Below, one piece after another: positions 27,087-37,461 of a stretch of DNA of 64,000 nt (its first letter is position 1; each line of letters opens with the position of its first letter). This stretch comes from Candidatus Doudnabacteria bacterium RIFCSPHIGHO2_02_FULL_42_25 (lineage in GTDB: Bacteria; Patescibacteriota; Doudnabacteria; UBA920; O2-02-FULL-48-8): positions 213,442-277,441 of the forward strand of contig MFEQ01000006.1 of the NCBI GenBank assembly GCA_001777665.1, in the 5' to 3' direction. The translations under genes were made by a program, and so were the position numbers. The notes under the pieces were generated by a model, which did no database searches, had not been told where the DNA came from, and was given only the letters and a program-made list of their open reading frames with translations.

Positions 27087-27578
27087 TTACTCTTTAGCCG
27101 CTGCTGGCTCTGTGGATTCTTTTTTTTCTTTTTCTTTCGCTTCACCGGCCAATTTTTCTTCTTCTGGAAGTTGTTTGTATAGGGTTCCTAAGACCCCGTT
27201 TACGAATTTACCACTACTCTCTCCCCCGAATGCCTTGCCTAACTCTACAGCCTCGTTGATTGCGACTTTGGGCGGCACTTCTTTGGCAAAAATTAGTTCA
27301 TAAATTCCGAGACGCAAAATATTTCGGTCTATGATCGTAATTTGATCCAGTGGCCACTCTGGCGCGTTTTTGACTATGATGTCATCAATCTCGGTAATAT
27401 TTTTCTCAACACCTTTGATCAGTTCAAAAATAAAAGCAGGATCATCTAATCCTGGCGCGAACTGCTGAACATTTCTTTCCGTAATAGTCAGTAGATTTCC
27501 GCGTTTGTCCGCGTCCTGGAAATCCCACTCGTAGAGGGACTGCATTGCGATGGTTCTGGAGAGATGCCTATTGGCCAT
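27087..27578 (-). CDS. nusB: transcription antitermination factor NusB
   Basis: [21 protein letters not shown]-terminus and overall NusB pattern. The ORF track's N-terminal extension was ignored, since the internal Met is the likely start. Confidence 0.75.
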   Translation of the reverse strand: MANRHLSRTIAMQSLYEWDFQDADKRGNLLTITERNVQQFAPGLDDPAFIFELIKGVEKNITEIDDIIVKNAPEWPLDQITIIDRNILRLGIYELIFAKEVPPKVAINEAVELGKAFGGESSGKFVNGVLGTLYKQLPEEEKLAGEAKEKEKKESTEPAAAKE

Positions 27579-27661
27579 GTAAAGAACGTTAATCGTTATT
27601 CGGCAGCGCATCGCGTATCGGTTAACGTCTGACGATACGCGCGGCGCCGACGTAAACCGCT

Positions 27662-27859
27662 TTACGCTTTCGCTTTAGTCTTAGCTTTTATCTTAAGAAC
27701 CTGGCGGCCTTTGTAGAATCCACAGTTGCTGCAGGCTTCGTGCGGAAGTGCTGGAAAACTGCAATTCTTACATACTGAAAGATTGCTTTGGGAGAGGAAA
27801 TCGTGAGCCCGTCTTTGATTTCGTCCTGATCTAGTTTTATGCTTTTTAGGTACTGCCAC
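27662..27859 (-). CDS. rpmF: 50S ribosomal protein L32
   Basis: [19 protein letters not shown]...[25 protein letters not shown] is the classic L32 zinc-ribbon. Confidence 0.85.
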   Translation of the reverse strand: MAVPKKHKTRSGRNQRRAHDFLSQSNLSVCKNCSFPALPHEACSNCGFYKGRQVLKIKAKTKAKA

Positions 27860-27907
27860 GGCTTAGTATTCCTTAAATAATTAGTGCTACAAAACTTTAA
27901 CATAAAT

Positions 27908-27953
27908 TTTATAAAAAAACAAGAGGGTGGATGCGACTGCGTCGCACCCACCC
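27908..27953 (-). terminator. strong GC hairpin terminator at the left edge of the GC-rich block
   Basis: GGGTGGATGCGAC-tgc-GTCGCACCCACCC followed on the minus strand by a TCTTGTTTTTTTAT tract. Confidence 0.6.
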
Positions 27954-27970
27954 GGCAGATTTGTCTGTGA

Positions 27971-28318
27971 CTAGGTGTTCCCCAGCCCAAGACGATTCCC
28001 CCAAGATGTCACCGCTTTCCATGCGATGTACTCCCCGGCGATGATGATCAGAAACCCCAGCGCGTACCACTCCGAGGACCCACGCCAGTCACTCCCATAA
28101 GCGTAGGCGACTGTGCCGGAAGTGACCAGAGACTGTACCATCCAGGTACCGATCGCCCACCATCCGTTGCCGTTGGCATGAAGCCTCACGACAACGAGAA
28201 CCATGCCGAGCACCATGACCGCACCGAGCCAAACCATGACTCCTCCCTTCTTCACCTCATACCAGTTTCCGCAATTCCTTCCACAGTATCTGTTGGCGAA
28301 CAGGAGATCCATTATCAC
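27971..28318 (-). CDS. hypothetical membrane protein (GC-rich block)
   Basis: 115-aa ORF with hydrophobic helices. Codon usage matches the GC-rich block. Confidence 0.4.
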   Translation of the reverse strand: MIMDLLFANRYCGRNCGNWYEVKKGGVMVWLGAVMVLGMVLVVVRLHANGNGWWAIGTWMVQSLVTSGTVAYAYGSDWRGSSEWYALGFLIIIAGEYIAWKAVTSWGNRLGLGNT

Positions 28319-28509
28319 AGTAAAGCAATAATAGATTCGCCAACAGATAACGAGAAACGAATTTTCGGAACAAGGGCGAGAGTGGTTGTCGTAGACGGGC
28401 GTCTACTCACAAACCACTCATGCTTCTCTTGTCTGCATCAACCCTCCTAAGAGTTGTTGCTAGCGGGCCTGGGAGCTCGCCGAGGTGGGAACGTGAGTGA
28501 GGTGAGACT

Positions 28510-28704
28510 TTATTTAACGATCCGTTCGATGATCTGCTCTCCATAGAGAGCTACCGCGATTGCAGCCGCGACGCCGAGGGTCAGAACGACCCACTGGATG
28601 ATCTCTGAGACCGGGATACCGCGGATCTTACTCCTCGAGATCGGGATATGTCCGTCTTTCCCGGTGAAGACCATGGGCTGGCCGTACCATCTCACACGGA
28701 ACAT
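28510..28704 (-). CDS. small hypothetical membrane protein (GC-rich block)
   Basis: 64 aa with one TM helix, tightly followed by the next ORF. Confidence 0.3.
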   Translation of the reverse strand: MFRVRWYGQPMVFTGKDGHIPISRSKIRGIPVSEIIQWVVLTLGVAAAIAVALYGEQIIERIVK

Positions 28705-28706
28705 AA

Positions 28707-28889
28707 CTATCCTTTCGCTGCCGAGTTACGCCTGAGATATCTTACAGGATTTCCCCTGTAGATATCAACCCTGGTACCCTGCTGCCTTTTCCACGCATCG
28801 TATTGACGCGTGTGTCTGTGGCCGACCATGAACACCAGGAAAGCCACGGCGTTTACGATGACGAGCACAATCACGCCCCAAACGATCAT
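28707..28889 (-). CDS. small hypothetical membrane protein (GC-rich block)
   Basis: 60 aa with a TM helix, in a 3-bp spaced tandem with 28510..28704. Confidence 0.3.
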   Translation of the reverse strand: MIVWGVIVLVIVNAVAFLVFMVGHRHTRQYDAWKRQQGTRVDIYRGNPVRYLRRNSAAKG

Positions 28890-29013
28890 ATACCGCCTCT
28901 TTTCAAAAAACTTGCACCCCGCTACTAAATTCTAACTGTTAACTTACAACTGTCAACTTAAAACTCAGAAGCGGGGAGGAGAGGCAAGCGTTAGCATCAC
29001 CTCTCCGTTATCA

Positions 29014-29274
29014 CTACCTCTGCGCTGAGACCGAAAAATCTTCGTCGTAGGTCCCGGCAACAGCATTACGACAGAGGAAGCACTCCGACTCTGCCTCGTC
29101 ATGAACACAGGCCAGCTCGTACTTCACCGTGTCGTTGATGGCGCCAAGCATAGGCGCATCTTCGAAACGGAAATATAGACCGTCGAGTATGACATCACCG
29201 ACGACGCCGACTCGGCTGCCTAGTTCCTGGCGGAACTCTGTTTTCGCGATGACCCGATCCTTCGGATTCATCAC
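29014..29274 (-). CDS. hypothetical protein (GC-rich block)
   Basis: 86-aa ORF. Its 4-bp overlap with the upstream ORF suggests coupling. Confidence 0.35.
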   Translation of the reverse strand: MMNPKDRVIAKTEFRQELGSRVGVVGDVILDGLYFRFEDAPMLGAINDTVKYELACVHDEAESECFLCRNAVAGTYDEDFSVSAQR

Positions 29275-29606
29275 TCGCTCCTTGTGCTAAGGAGCAGTCC
29301 TGTGTCCTCGCCCTGATAGTGCTTCTTCACGCTCTTCCATACGGCACGCGTGTAGCGCTCGACGAGGAGCCGCAGAACAGGCCCGGATAGAAGATCCTTG
29401 TGGAGCGAGACGAATATTTCCTGGTCGGTCGGTTTGAAGTATGTCACCAGGTACATGTCGATGCGCTTTTCAAGATTATCGGCGATGCGCCGAGCCTCTT
29501 CGTTTCGAAAAAACGCAGCTTCCGCGGGTCCAATTGCCATTTCACTCCTCCTACCCTTCGGTGCCGATCGACTGATCGACTCCCTTCTGCTGAACTTTAT
29601 TCGCAA
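29271..29606 (-). CDS. hypothetical protein (GC-rich block); start possibly at the internal Met (MAIGPAEAAFF)
   Basis: 111-aa ORF. The competing plus-strand ORFs look like GC-frame artefacts. Confidence 0.35.
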   Translation of the reverse strand: MRIKFSRRESISRSAPKGRRSEMAIGPAEAAFFRNEEARRIADNLEKRIDMYLVTYFKPTDQEIFVSLHKDLLSGPVLRLLVERYTRAVWKSVKKHYQGEDTGLLLSTRSE

Positions 29607-29753
29607 TCCTGATGAAAATCAGGATCTCTATCTTGAGACCCTGAATCAATCCTGAATCGAGTTCAGGACAAGGTTCAGGGTTGCGATACTGTCCAAGAGA
29701 AGAGAGATGAGAGGTCGCACGTGGGCAACCTCTCTTCTCCAACGAACGTCCTC

Positions 29754-30116
29754 CTACTTCTGCGGGTACGTCTTGCTCGAATCCCAGTGGATATCCTCGG
29801 GCTCGAGCGGGACCGACTCCTCGATTGGCGGCTCGATCAGGTATTCATCATCGAAGCCCGTGATCGATTCGCGGTTGAGAACCAGTGACGGGTTGCTGAT
29901 GAATTCGCCGAGACGCTGTGCGCCGCACGAGAAATCGCAAGCCCCGCGATCCTCTTCACCCACCGGTTCCGCCCAGACGACTTGTCCGTCCTCGCAGACA
30001 ATCCTGGCCAGCGAATCCATATGGGCGACACCATCACACCCCCGTGAACGAAGGATTTGAGAACCGTCAGGCTCGGTCCGATCGACGGTTTCCGAGTAAA
30101 TCCGAAACCTTCTCAT
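29754..30116 (-). CDS. hypothetical protein (GC-rich block), acidic
   Basis: 120-aa ORF with plausible composition. Confidence 0.35.
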   Translation of the reverse strand: MRRFRIYSETVDRTEPDGSQILRSRGCDGVAHMDSLARIVCEDGQVVWAEPVGEEDRGACDFSCGAQRLGEFISNPSLVLNRESITGFDDEYLIEPPIEESVPLEPEDIHWDSSKTYPQK

Positions 30117-30503
30117 ATACTCACCTCACATGCGCCATACAGACGCAAAACGAAACCTAGCAACACTTTCGCTTCCATTCCAGGACGAGCCCAAAACAGA
30201 TGGTTCCACCGATGATCAAGCTCAATCCGGCGGCTGGCGAATAGAAAAAATTTGTAGCGGGTATCCCGGTCGAAAGACGAAGAACTACAAACCTCGGGAG
30301 ACACTCTCCCTTCTGAAACTTTCGAATTTTTTTCAAAAACTTTAGAAGAGAAGGATGTATTTGCCTGGGCACATCCTTCGAAGCCTGACGCAGTCTGTGT
30401 GAGGGCGCTGCGTGACCCTTTTGAGATTAACTCTCTAGTCCTCCTTGGACTCAACGGATTTCCGCCGCCGTCGGTTTTATTTGTTTGTGGGACTAATTTC
30501 GGC

Positions 30504-31118
30504 TTAATTTGCCTGGTCCGTCCCTTGACCACTAGCCTCTTTCGGCTCGGTTACCGGCATGCGGAAGATCTCACCGGGCTTGAGTCGGACCACCACAAGC
30601 TGGGTCCTGACCTTGCGCAACTGACTCGGTTCCAAAATCATGTCTCCTAGCAGGAGATGAAACCGCTCGTCCTCCGGATAAACGTCTGGCGCCAACTCCC
30701 GCAGTGAATGCAGATACTCGAGGCTGGTGATGACCGGCGCGAACCACTGCTGCTTGAGGAAATCCTGTTGCGAGACTGTAGCGATCATGTCGATCTTCTC
30801 GTCACAGTACAGATCGATCGCCTTGGAGAACACATCACCCCAAGAGGTCGATTCTCCTAGATCAGTCATTTCGGGGTTCGGATCTTCTCGACCTCGATAG
30901 ACGTCCATGCAGTAGTTGGCGCAGTCTCGATTGCCATCCCAACTGCCACCGCAGTTCGAACACGTATCGAGGCCGATGATTCGCCAGTTTTGCGGGTACT
31001 TCTGCTTCTTGATTTCCGCCTCTGCGGCCTTGTGTCCACTAACGTGGATCTGACGCTTCGTCACGCAATTCCAAGCGTAGACTGACTCGTCATTCCACCA
31101 ATCATTACTATAACGCAT
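30504..31118 (-). CDS. hypothetical Cys-rich protein (GC-rich block)
   Basis: 204 aa with Cys clusters (CSNCGGSWDGNRDCANYC). Preceded by an AT-rich promoter-like segment at 31140..31262. Confidence 0.4.
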   Translation of the reverse strand: MRYSNDWWNDESVYAWNCVTKRQIHVSGHKAAEAEIKKQKYPQNWRIIGLDTCSNCGGSWDGNRDCANYCMDVYRGREDPNPEMTDLGESTSWGDVFSKAIDLYCDEKIDMIATVSQQDFLKQQWFAPVITSLEYLHSLRELAPDVYPEDERFHLLLGDMILEPSQLRKVRTQLVVVRLKPGEIFRMPVTEPKEASGQGTDQAN

Positions 31119-31139
31119 CTCACACCTCCGCGCTTTGCG

Positions 31140-31262
31140 CTAGAGACCGAAGAACTTGATTGTTCCCGGAACTCTGAATACTTAGTGAACTTTACGGTCG
31201 TATAAATCAATCCGTGTTACAACAATTAAATATTCAGAATCCTGAAAACAATTTGGGAAAGG
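31140..31262. repeat. AT-rich promoter-like segment, paralogous to 32085..32197 (shared taaatattcagaatcctg[a/g]a[a/t]acaat and ctgaa[t/c]acttag blocks)
   Basis: Direct sequence similarity. Each segment sits upstream of a minus-strand ORF run inside the GC-rich block. Confidence 0.5.
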
Positions 31263-31447
31263 GCGCGAGGGATGAAGATATTCTATCACCCCTCGGCTTG
31301 TCGTTAGAAGCGGACGATGAATCGGATTCGCTTCTTGCGAAGATCCCGCTTACGCGGTTTCTTCTTCGCGGGTTTCAACTGGATGATCATGACTCCGAAG
31401 CGATCCTTGGCTTCGAGGTCCGCGGGCGTCTCGCGTCGCGTCGACAT

Positions 31448-31648
31448 CTAGTTCCGGCCGTACTTGTTGTCGAAGTTCATCGGCGACGAACCGTTGAGCT
31501 GTGTCGCGCTCGCCGGCAACACCATCGCGTTGATCATCGCATGAGTGCGCACGGCGGCCTGATGTTCGTTGGTCCGATCGATCAGGATTACCTCGCCGTT
31601 GAACTTGCCAATTGCGACGTGCTTCGAGTCTACTAATACCTGAACCAC
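31448..31648 (-). CDS. small hypothetical protein (GC-rich block)
   Basis: 66 aa. Its composition is more protein-like than the overlapping Arg-rich alternative frames. Confidence 0.25.
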   Translation of the reverse strand: MVQVLVDSKHVAIGKFNGEVILIDRTNEHQAAVRTHAMINAMVLPASATQLNGSSPMNFDNKYGRN

Positions 31649-31856
31649 TCTCGTACCCTCCTGTAAAGTAGGTGCGTGGCTGTTGATGTTGAGTTGGAAA
31701 GCGGCCTTGGGGTGACCGCAGGGTGGAAACTTTGGCAGGGGTGTATGTTTGTCTTTCCTCTGGATCCATTTTCACACGAGGTGTAATAGATCCAAGGGAG
31801 AGAGGGCAATCGCAGAGCGATCGCCCGGGGAAAGGAAGTTGTCGCGAACAGAACGT

Positions 31857-32042
31857 TCAGCGAGCGAGGACGTAGACGATGTGGTCCGGATCCTGGGGAT
31901 CCGTGTAGTTGCCGAGCACCGTCTGACGCTCTTCGTCGGTGAGGTTGTCACCGAAGCACCAGTCTCCAATAGCACGGAGCGCCGAAGCGATACGAGCAAT
32001 CAAGTTCCTCATCATACTCCTCCTGAGAAGTTGTGGAAACAA
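31857..32042 (-). CDS. small hypothetical protein (GC-rich block)
   Basis: 61 aa, downstream of the second AT-rich promoter-like segment at 32085..32197. Confidence 0.25.
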   Translation of the reverse strand: MFPQLLRRSMMRNLIARIASALRAIGDWCFGDNLTDEERQTVLGNYTDPQDPDHIVYVLAR

Positions 32043-32205
32043 CAGCGGTCGTCTTGCACCATGCGTTGAGGACTCTTATTTCCGCTGCAACAACGGTAGG
32101 ACCATTGCCTCCACAATTCTGAACACTTAGGTAAACTCTAGAGCAACTAAATTTCTCTGTATTACGGTCTAAATATTCAGAATCCTGGATACAATATTAT
32201 CTTTG

Positions 32206-32331
32206 AGCGAGGAACAAATTTTAGGACGCTTTGCGTATTTCATAAGAAATCGCAACGCGAGTAAAAATCTACTTTCAAGTACATAACAAACTGCAGATTT
32301 TTACGTTCACTAAAATTTCGTTCCGAGCGTT
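32206..32331. repeat. approx 126-bp direct repeat copy B (pair of 23941..24066)
   Basis: About 90% identity over approx 126 bp with copy A. Confidence 0.8.
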
Positions 32332-32345
32332 ACTTCCACAATTCT

Positions 32346-32434
32346 GGGTTTTATCTGATTGCTTTGAGGGCAAATGTTGATTTCCCTGCTTAATCAAGAT
32401 AAACCCGTCTCGACTCGGTCGAGCCGAGGCGGAC
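32346..32434. ncRNA. highly structured element: long nested hairpin (GGGTTTTATC...GATAAACCC) plus a second GC hairpin; candidate small RNA or structured DNA site
   Basis: Nested complementary arms seen directly. Flanked by the inverted repeats CCACAATTCTGGG and CCCAGAATTCTGG. Confidence 0.25.
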
Positions 32435-32647
32435 CCCCAGAATTCTGGAAACAAAAATAGCTCCGTTCTGGAGCTAGCTTAAAATTGGTACGTGTTACAT
32501 GTTACGTGCTACGTGACCATTTTTTGCCTCGTCTCCTGAACTTGGCACAAACATAGATTTTTAATGAACCGGTAAGTATACACCCAAACGCCTATTTTGT
32601 CAATAGCTAACGCCTGATTATTGGCTAATATAAGCCAAAAAGACATG

Positions 32648-32689
32648 AAAAAATCGAGCAAAAAACCACCCCGGACATTGATCCGGGGT
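32648..32689 (-). terminator. rho-independent terminator of the groESL operon
   Basis: ACCCCGGA-cattga-TCCGGGGT hairpin followed on the minus strand by TGGTTTTTTGCTCGATTTTTT. Confidence 0.7.
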
Positions 32690-32776
32690 CCATTTCCGTG
32701 GATCCCGGATCGCCCTTCGTGGCGTCCGGGATGGTTGCTTGTTCTTTGTTACCTGCCTGCCGGCAGGCAGGCGTGA

Positions 32777-34529
<1,753 letters not shown>

Positions 34530-34805
34530 CTACTCCACTATGCCGAGGACATCCTCGTCTTTAAGAAATTTATAATCGACTTTATCTATCTCGACTTCGT
34601 CACCTGAGTATTTACCGAACAAAACTTTATCGCCGACTTTCAGATTCAGCTTCTTGATTTTCTCGCCATCACCGATAGCCACAACTTCGCCTTGTTCTTT
34701 TTTCTCTTTCTCAGCGGTATCTGGTAAAACAATCCCGGATTTCGTGACCTCTTCCGAGGTTAAGGGTTTGACCAAAATCCGGTCACCCAATGGTTTGATT
34801 TGCAT
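34530..34805 (-). CDS. groES: co-chaperonin GroES
   Basis: MQIKPLGDRILVKP...VVAIGDGE...GDKVLFGKYSG. Confidence 0.95.
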   Translation of the reverse strand: MQIKPLGDRILVKPLTSEEVTKSGIVLPDTAEKEKKEQGEVVAIGDGEKIKKLNLKVGDKVLFGKYSGDEVEIDKVDYKFLKDEDVLGIVE

Positions 34806-34827
34806 ATGTTTCCTTTCTTCTTAGAAC

Positions 34828-34923
34828 TCCCCTCTCCTAGAGAGGAGAGGGGTTGGGGGTGAGGTTGATCTCTTCTTTCGAGGAATCTACCCCACCCTTA
34901 GTCCCTCCCCTTTCAAGGGGAGG
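34828..34923. repeat. pair of polypyrimidine/polypurine hairpins (CCCCTCTCCT-agag-AGGAGAGGGG and CCCTCCCCT-ttca-AGGGGAGGG); family member A
   Basis: Perfect 10-bp and 9-bp stems. Lies between a 3' gene end and the groES upstream region. Confidence 0.6.
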
Positions 34924-35011
34924 GAGACTCTAATTTGTTAAATCAATTGCTTTCTGCTTAAAAAAATCCCGGTTGGGATTTTTGTTTTTTTCCAGTGTTT
35001 ATTATAGCGAT

Positions 35012-35965
35012 CTATCTGAAGCTTTGCAAGAGGTCTTTGTGGGCATTGGCCACCTGGGCCCGGACGTCGTGAGCGTGGAGTTTGAGCATGGTGGCATTGG
35101 CCACGGTAGTCGAGGTTACCGCGTGGTTTTCCGCGAGTTTGAAGGTATGAGTAATATGAATGCGCCGTAACCAGGGTTCAGCTAGTTCAGCTGGGATATA
35201 GAGCAATATTTCCAAAATTAAACTTATGGTTCGTAAAAAAATATTGGTTTTCTTTAATGTAGCGTGCCGATTGATCGGCTCAAAGTTTGGGAACTTCGCG
35301 CGCAGCCATGAATTTTGCTGCATCAATTCCCAGTATTGTTGGCCGCCCACCACAGGACGCATGCTCGCCAACCAAAAATCCAGATAGGGATCGGCGGGCT
35401 TGATTTGCAAACTTTCCAAATTCAAATTATTTTGAGTGACAAAAAATCCAAAACAAAATTTGTCTTTGATTCGCTCTCGTGTTTTATAGACCCCGAGCAA
35501 GCGAAACAAAACAATGATCACCGATCGGACAAAGTATAGCCGACGGTTTTTGGTAACGACGAAAAAATCAATATCCGAATCTGCATCGGCTGTGCCCAAA
35601 CTCAAACTATTGATCACTGAAACTAGACGGACGAATGGCAAAACCGCCAACCATTTGTAATAGCTGTCAATTTTTTGCCATTTTTTCGAAATTTCAATTT
35701 GGCGGTCACGATAATCCGATGCTTGCCAGGGCTTCAGAGAATACAAATTTCCTGCTTGAAAAATTTTATTGTCCTCGACTAATTTACTTAAAATGTGCTG
35801 AACTTCTTCCAGTGTCGCTGATTGGTTCAGTAACTCGCGGATGCGTTGTAAATGTAGCGGCGAGTCATACAACGCAAAAAACGCCAGAGCCGAAAGCACT
35901 GATTCTTTCAGAGTTAATTTAGTTGAAGTTGGCTGCATCAATTTCTTCCCATTCTTCATCGTCAT
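35012..35965 (-). CDS. hypothetical protein with nucleotidyltransferase-like motif
   Basis: GTADADSDIDFFVV resembles the GS...D.D motif of Pol-beta-type nucleotidyltransferases. 317 aa. Confidence 0.4.
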   Translation of the reverse strand: MTMKNGKKLMQPTSTKLTLKESVLSALAFFALYDSPLHLQRIRELLNQSATLEEVQHILSKLVEDNKIFQAGNLYSLKPWQASDYRDRQIEISKKWQKIDSYYKWLAVLPFVRLVSVINSLSLGTADADSDIDFFVVTKNRRLYFVRSVIIVLFRLLGVYKTRERIKDKFCFGFFVTQNNLNLESLQIKPADPYLDFWLASMRPVVGGQQYWELMQQNSWLRAKFPNFEPINRHATLKKTNIFLRTISLILEILLYIPAELAEPWLRRIHITHTFKLAENHAVTSTTVANATMLKLHAHDVRAQVANAHKDLLQSFR

Positions 35966-36260
35966 TTAATTTGTATGCCTTGATTTTATAAGTCATTTCT
36001 GTATCTGAAAATTGATACTCGGTCCGGGCGGCTTGGCCGGCACGATGCGAATAAATAAATTTCTTGTCAGTAACCACTGGACGTGATTCGAAAGCGAGTT
36101 TGATTTTGCCCATCGGGGTTTCAGCCACCAAAAACTGGGCAGTGCCACTTTTGATGTCGCCATCAGCTGTGCCCACAGTCAAATCTTCCGATCCTTCTTC
36201 GAGAACCTGAAAGTTGTTTTTGATATTCTCTTTTACTTGTTCCCAGCGATCTAGGTCCAT
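35919..36260 (-). CDS. hypothetical protein
   Basis: 113-aa acidic ORF overlapping the 3' end of the upstream gene. Confidence 0.4.
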   Translation of the reverse strand: MDLDRWEQVKENIKNNFQVLEEGSEDLTVGTADGDIKSGTAQFLVAETPMGKIKLAFESRPVVTDKKFIYSHRAGQAARTEYQFSDTEMTYKIKAYKLNDDEEWEEIDAANFN

Positions 36261-36273
36261 ATGGTTTAGGATT

Positions 36274-36385
36274 CCTCCCCTTAATATAAGGGGAGGTTAG
36301 GAGGGGTTATATCCTTTAAGGATTAAGCTGCTGTTTAACGCTTGAGATCTAACTCCCCCTAACCCCCTCTTATTCTAAGAGGGGG
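36274..36385. repeat. pair of polypyrimidine/polypurine hairpins (CCTCCCCTTA-ata-TAAGGGGAGG and CCCCCTCTTA-ttc-TAAGAGGGGG); family member B
   Basis: Perfect 10-bp stems immediately after the fpg stop. Confidence 0.6.
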
Positions 36386-36394
36386 AACGAACTG

Positions 36395-37312
36395 CTACTT
36401 TTGTTCTCGGGGGCAAAAAGATCCAGTTCTACCATTAAATTTCAGGCTTTTAATTATACTACCACATTTTTTACATTTCTCCCCGGCACGGCCGTAAACT
36501 TTATGAAGTAGCCCGTATGTCCCCCAATCCCCTGATGGCCGGACGAAATCACCCACCGAAGAACCATAGTGATCCACAGCATTCTGCAAAATCTTTTTAA
36601 TGCCCTTAAATAGTAACTTCCGCTCTTCGATCTTCAAACTTCCGACTCTACGAGTGGGCTTAACTTTGGCACAATACAAAATTTCATCAGAATAAATATT
36701 GCCAATCCCGGCAATAATCGTCGGGTCCATAAGCCACGGTTTGATTTGAGCACTGCTTCGTCTTTTCAAAAGTTTTTCAAATTCTGAAAAAGTAAAATGC
36801 TTCTCAAGTGGCTCTGGCCCATACCCTTGGAGTTCTGGAACTTGCAGTAATTCTTTGTCTGTGACTAATTTCAAATATCCAAATTGGCGAAAATCATTGT
36901 AGAAAAGTTTCGAGCCATCGGTGAATTCAAAAATAACATGCGTAGACTTCGTCGGCAGATGTACTGGCTTGGAATTTTCAATGTTCAAAAGTCGGATCTG
37001 CTTATCTAATTCTTTTTTCCCGAAAAAAATCAGTTGGCCAGTCATTTTGAGATGAACTAAAATAGCATACTTGCCCGCGAGATCTATAATGATCATTTTG
37101 GCTCTTCTTTGAACATCACTAATTGTTAGGCCTTTCAAAGTTTTAGTAAATTCATCTGCAACTTTTTCACCAGGTTTTCGGAGGTTGCTCAAAGTCGCTG
37201 GTCCCATGGCGACCATTTTTGGTAACAAAATTCGGACTGCTTTGATTTTATTATTCTTTAGTTTCGGCCGCAGTTCATTGACCACAGTCTCAACCTCTGG
37301 TAACTCTGGCAT
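36395..37312 (-). CDS. mutM: formamidopyrimidine-DNA glycosylase
   Basis: MPELPEVETV N-terminus with catalytic Pro2. C-terminal zinc finger CKKCGSIIKSLKFNGRTGSFCPREQK. Confidence 0.85.
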   Translation of the reverse strand: MPELPEVETVVNELRPKLKNNKIKAVRILLPKMVAMGPATLSNLRKPGEKVADEFTKTLKGLTISDVQRRAKMIIIDLAGKYAILVHLKMTGQLIFFGKKELDKQIRLLNIENSKPVHLPTKSTHVIFEFTDGSKLFYNDFRQFGYLKLVTDKELLQVPELQGYGPEPLEKHFTFSEFEKLLKRRSSAQIKPWLMDPTIIAGIGNIYSDEILYCAKVKPTRRVGSLKIEERKLLFKGIKKILQNAVDHYGSSVGDFVRPSGDWGTYGLLHKVYGRAGEKCKKCGSIIKSLKFNGRTGSFCPREQK

Positions 37313-37461
37313 CTCTTATTTATCGTACTTCTCGACTCCGCTATCGCTCCGCTCGAAGAATATTTGATATTATTGTTCGAGCTTGTCGAGAACCACCTTA
37401 ATTAATTCCATTATAGCAAATTGGACAAAAAGAAAAGGACAGTAAACTGCCCTACGTGTCC

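Larger units (their letters stand above)
27933..32100. other. GC-rich (about 55-60%) foreign block with compact minus-strand small genes (phage/plasmid-like), embedded in an AT-rich genome
   Basis: Abrupt compositional shift at both edges. Small hypothetical genes with no recognisable homologs, all on one strand. Two internal AT-rich promoter-like segments. Confidence 0.6.

Noticed and set aside
27579-27611. N-terminal extensions of nusB ([11 protein letters not shown]) and upp (first 32 codons)
   Set aside because: Extensions run into the upstream hairpin or intergenic DNA and do not match the family N-termini. Internal Met starts chosen.
30113-30532. 139-aa ORF in the low-coding stretch of the GC-rich block
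   Set aside because: Low-complexity, Ser/Arg-rich. The region contains hairpins and reads more like non-coding control DNA, so I did not call it.
31214-32069. Arg-rich 140-aa ORFs on both strands (31214..31636 plus, 31350..31775 minus, 31749..32069 plus) in the GC-rich block
   Set aside because: Arg/Ser/Pro-rich products typical of off-frame translation of high-GC DNA. The smaller minus-strand ORFs fit the block's gene orientation better. Coding status here remains uncertain.
23941-32331. Calling the whole inter-repeat segment a prophage or integrative element
   Set aside because: No integrase, recombinase or structural phage genes are visible, and nusB and rpmF lie inside. I report it as an att-like repeat pair plus foreign block rather than a defined mobile element.
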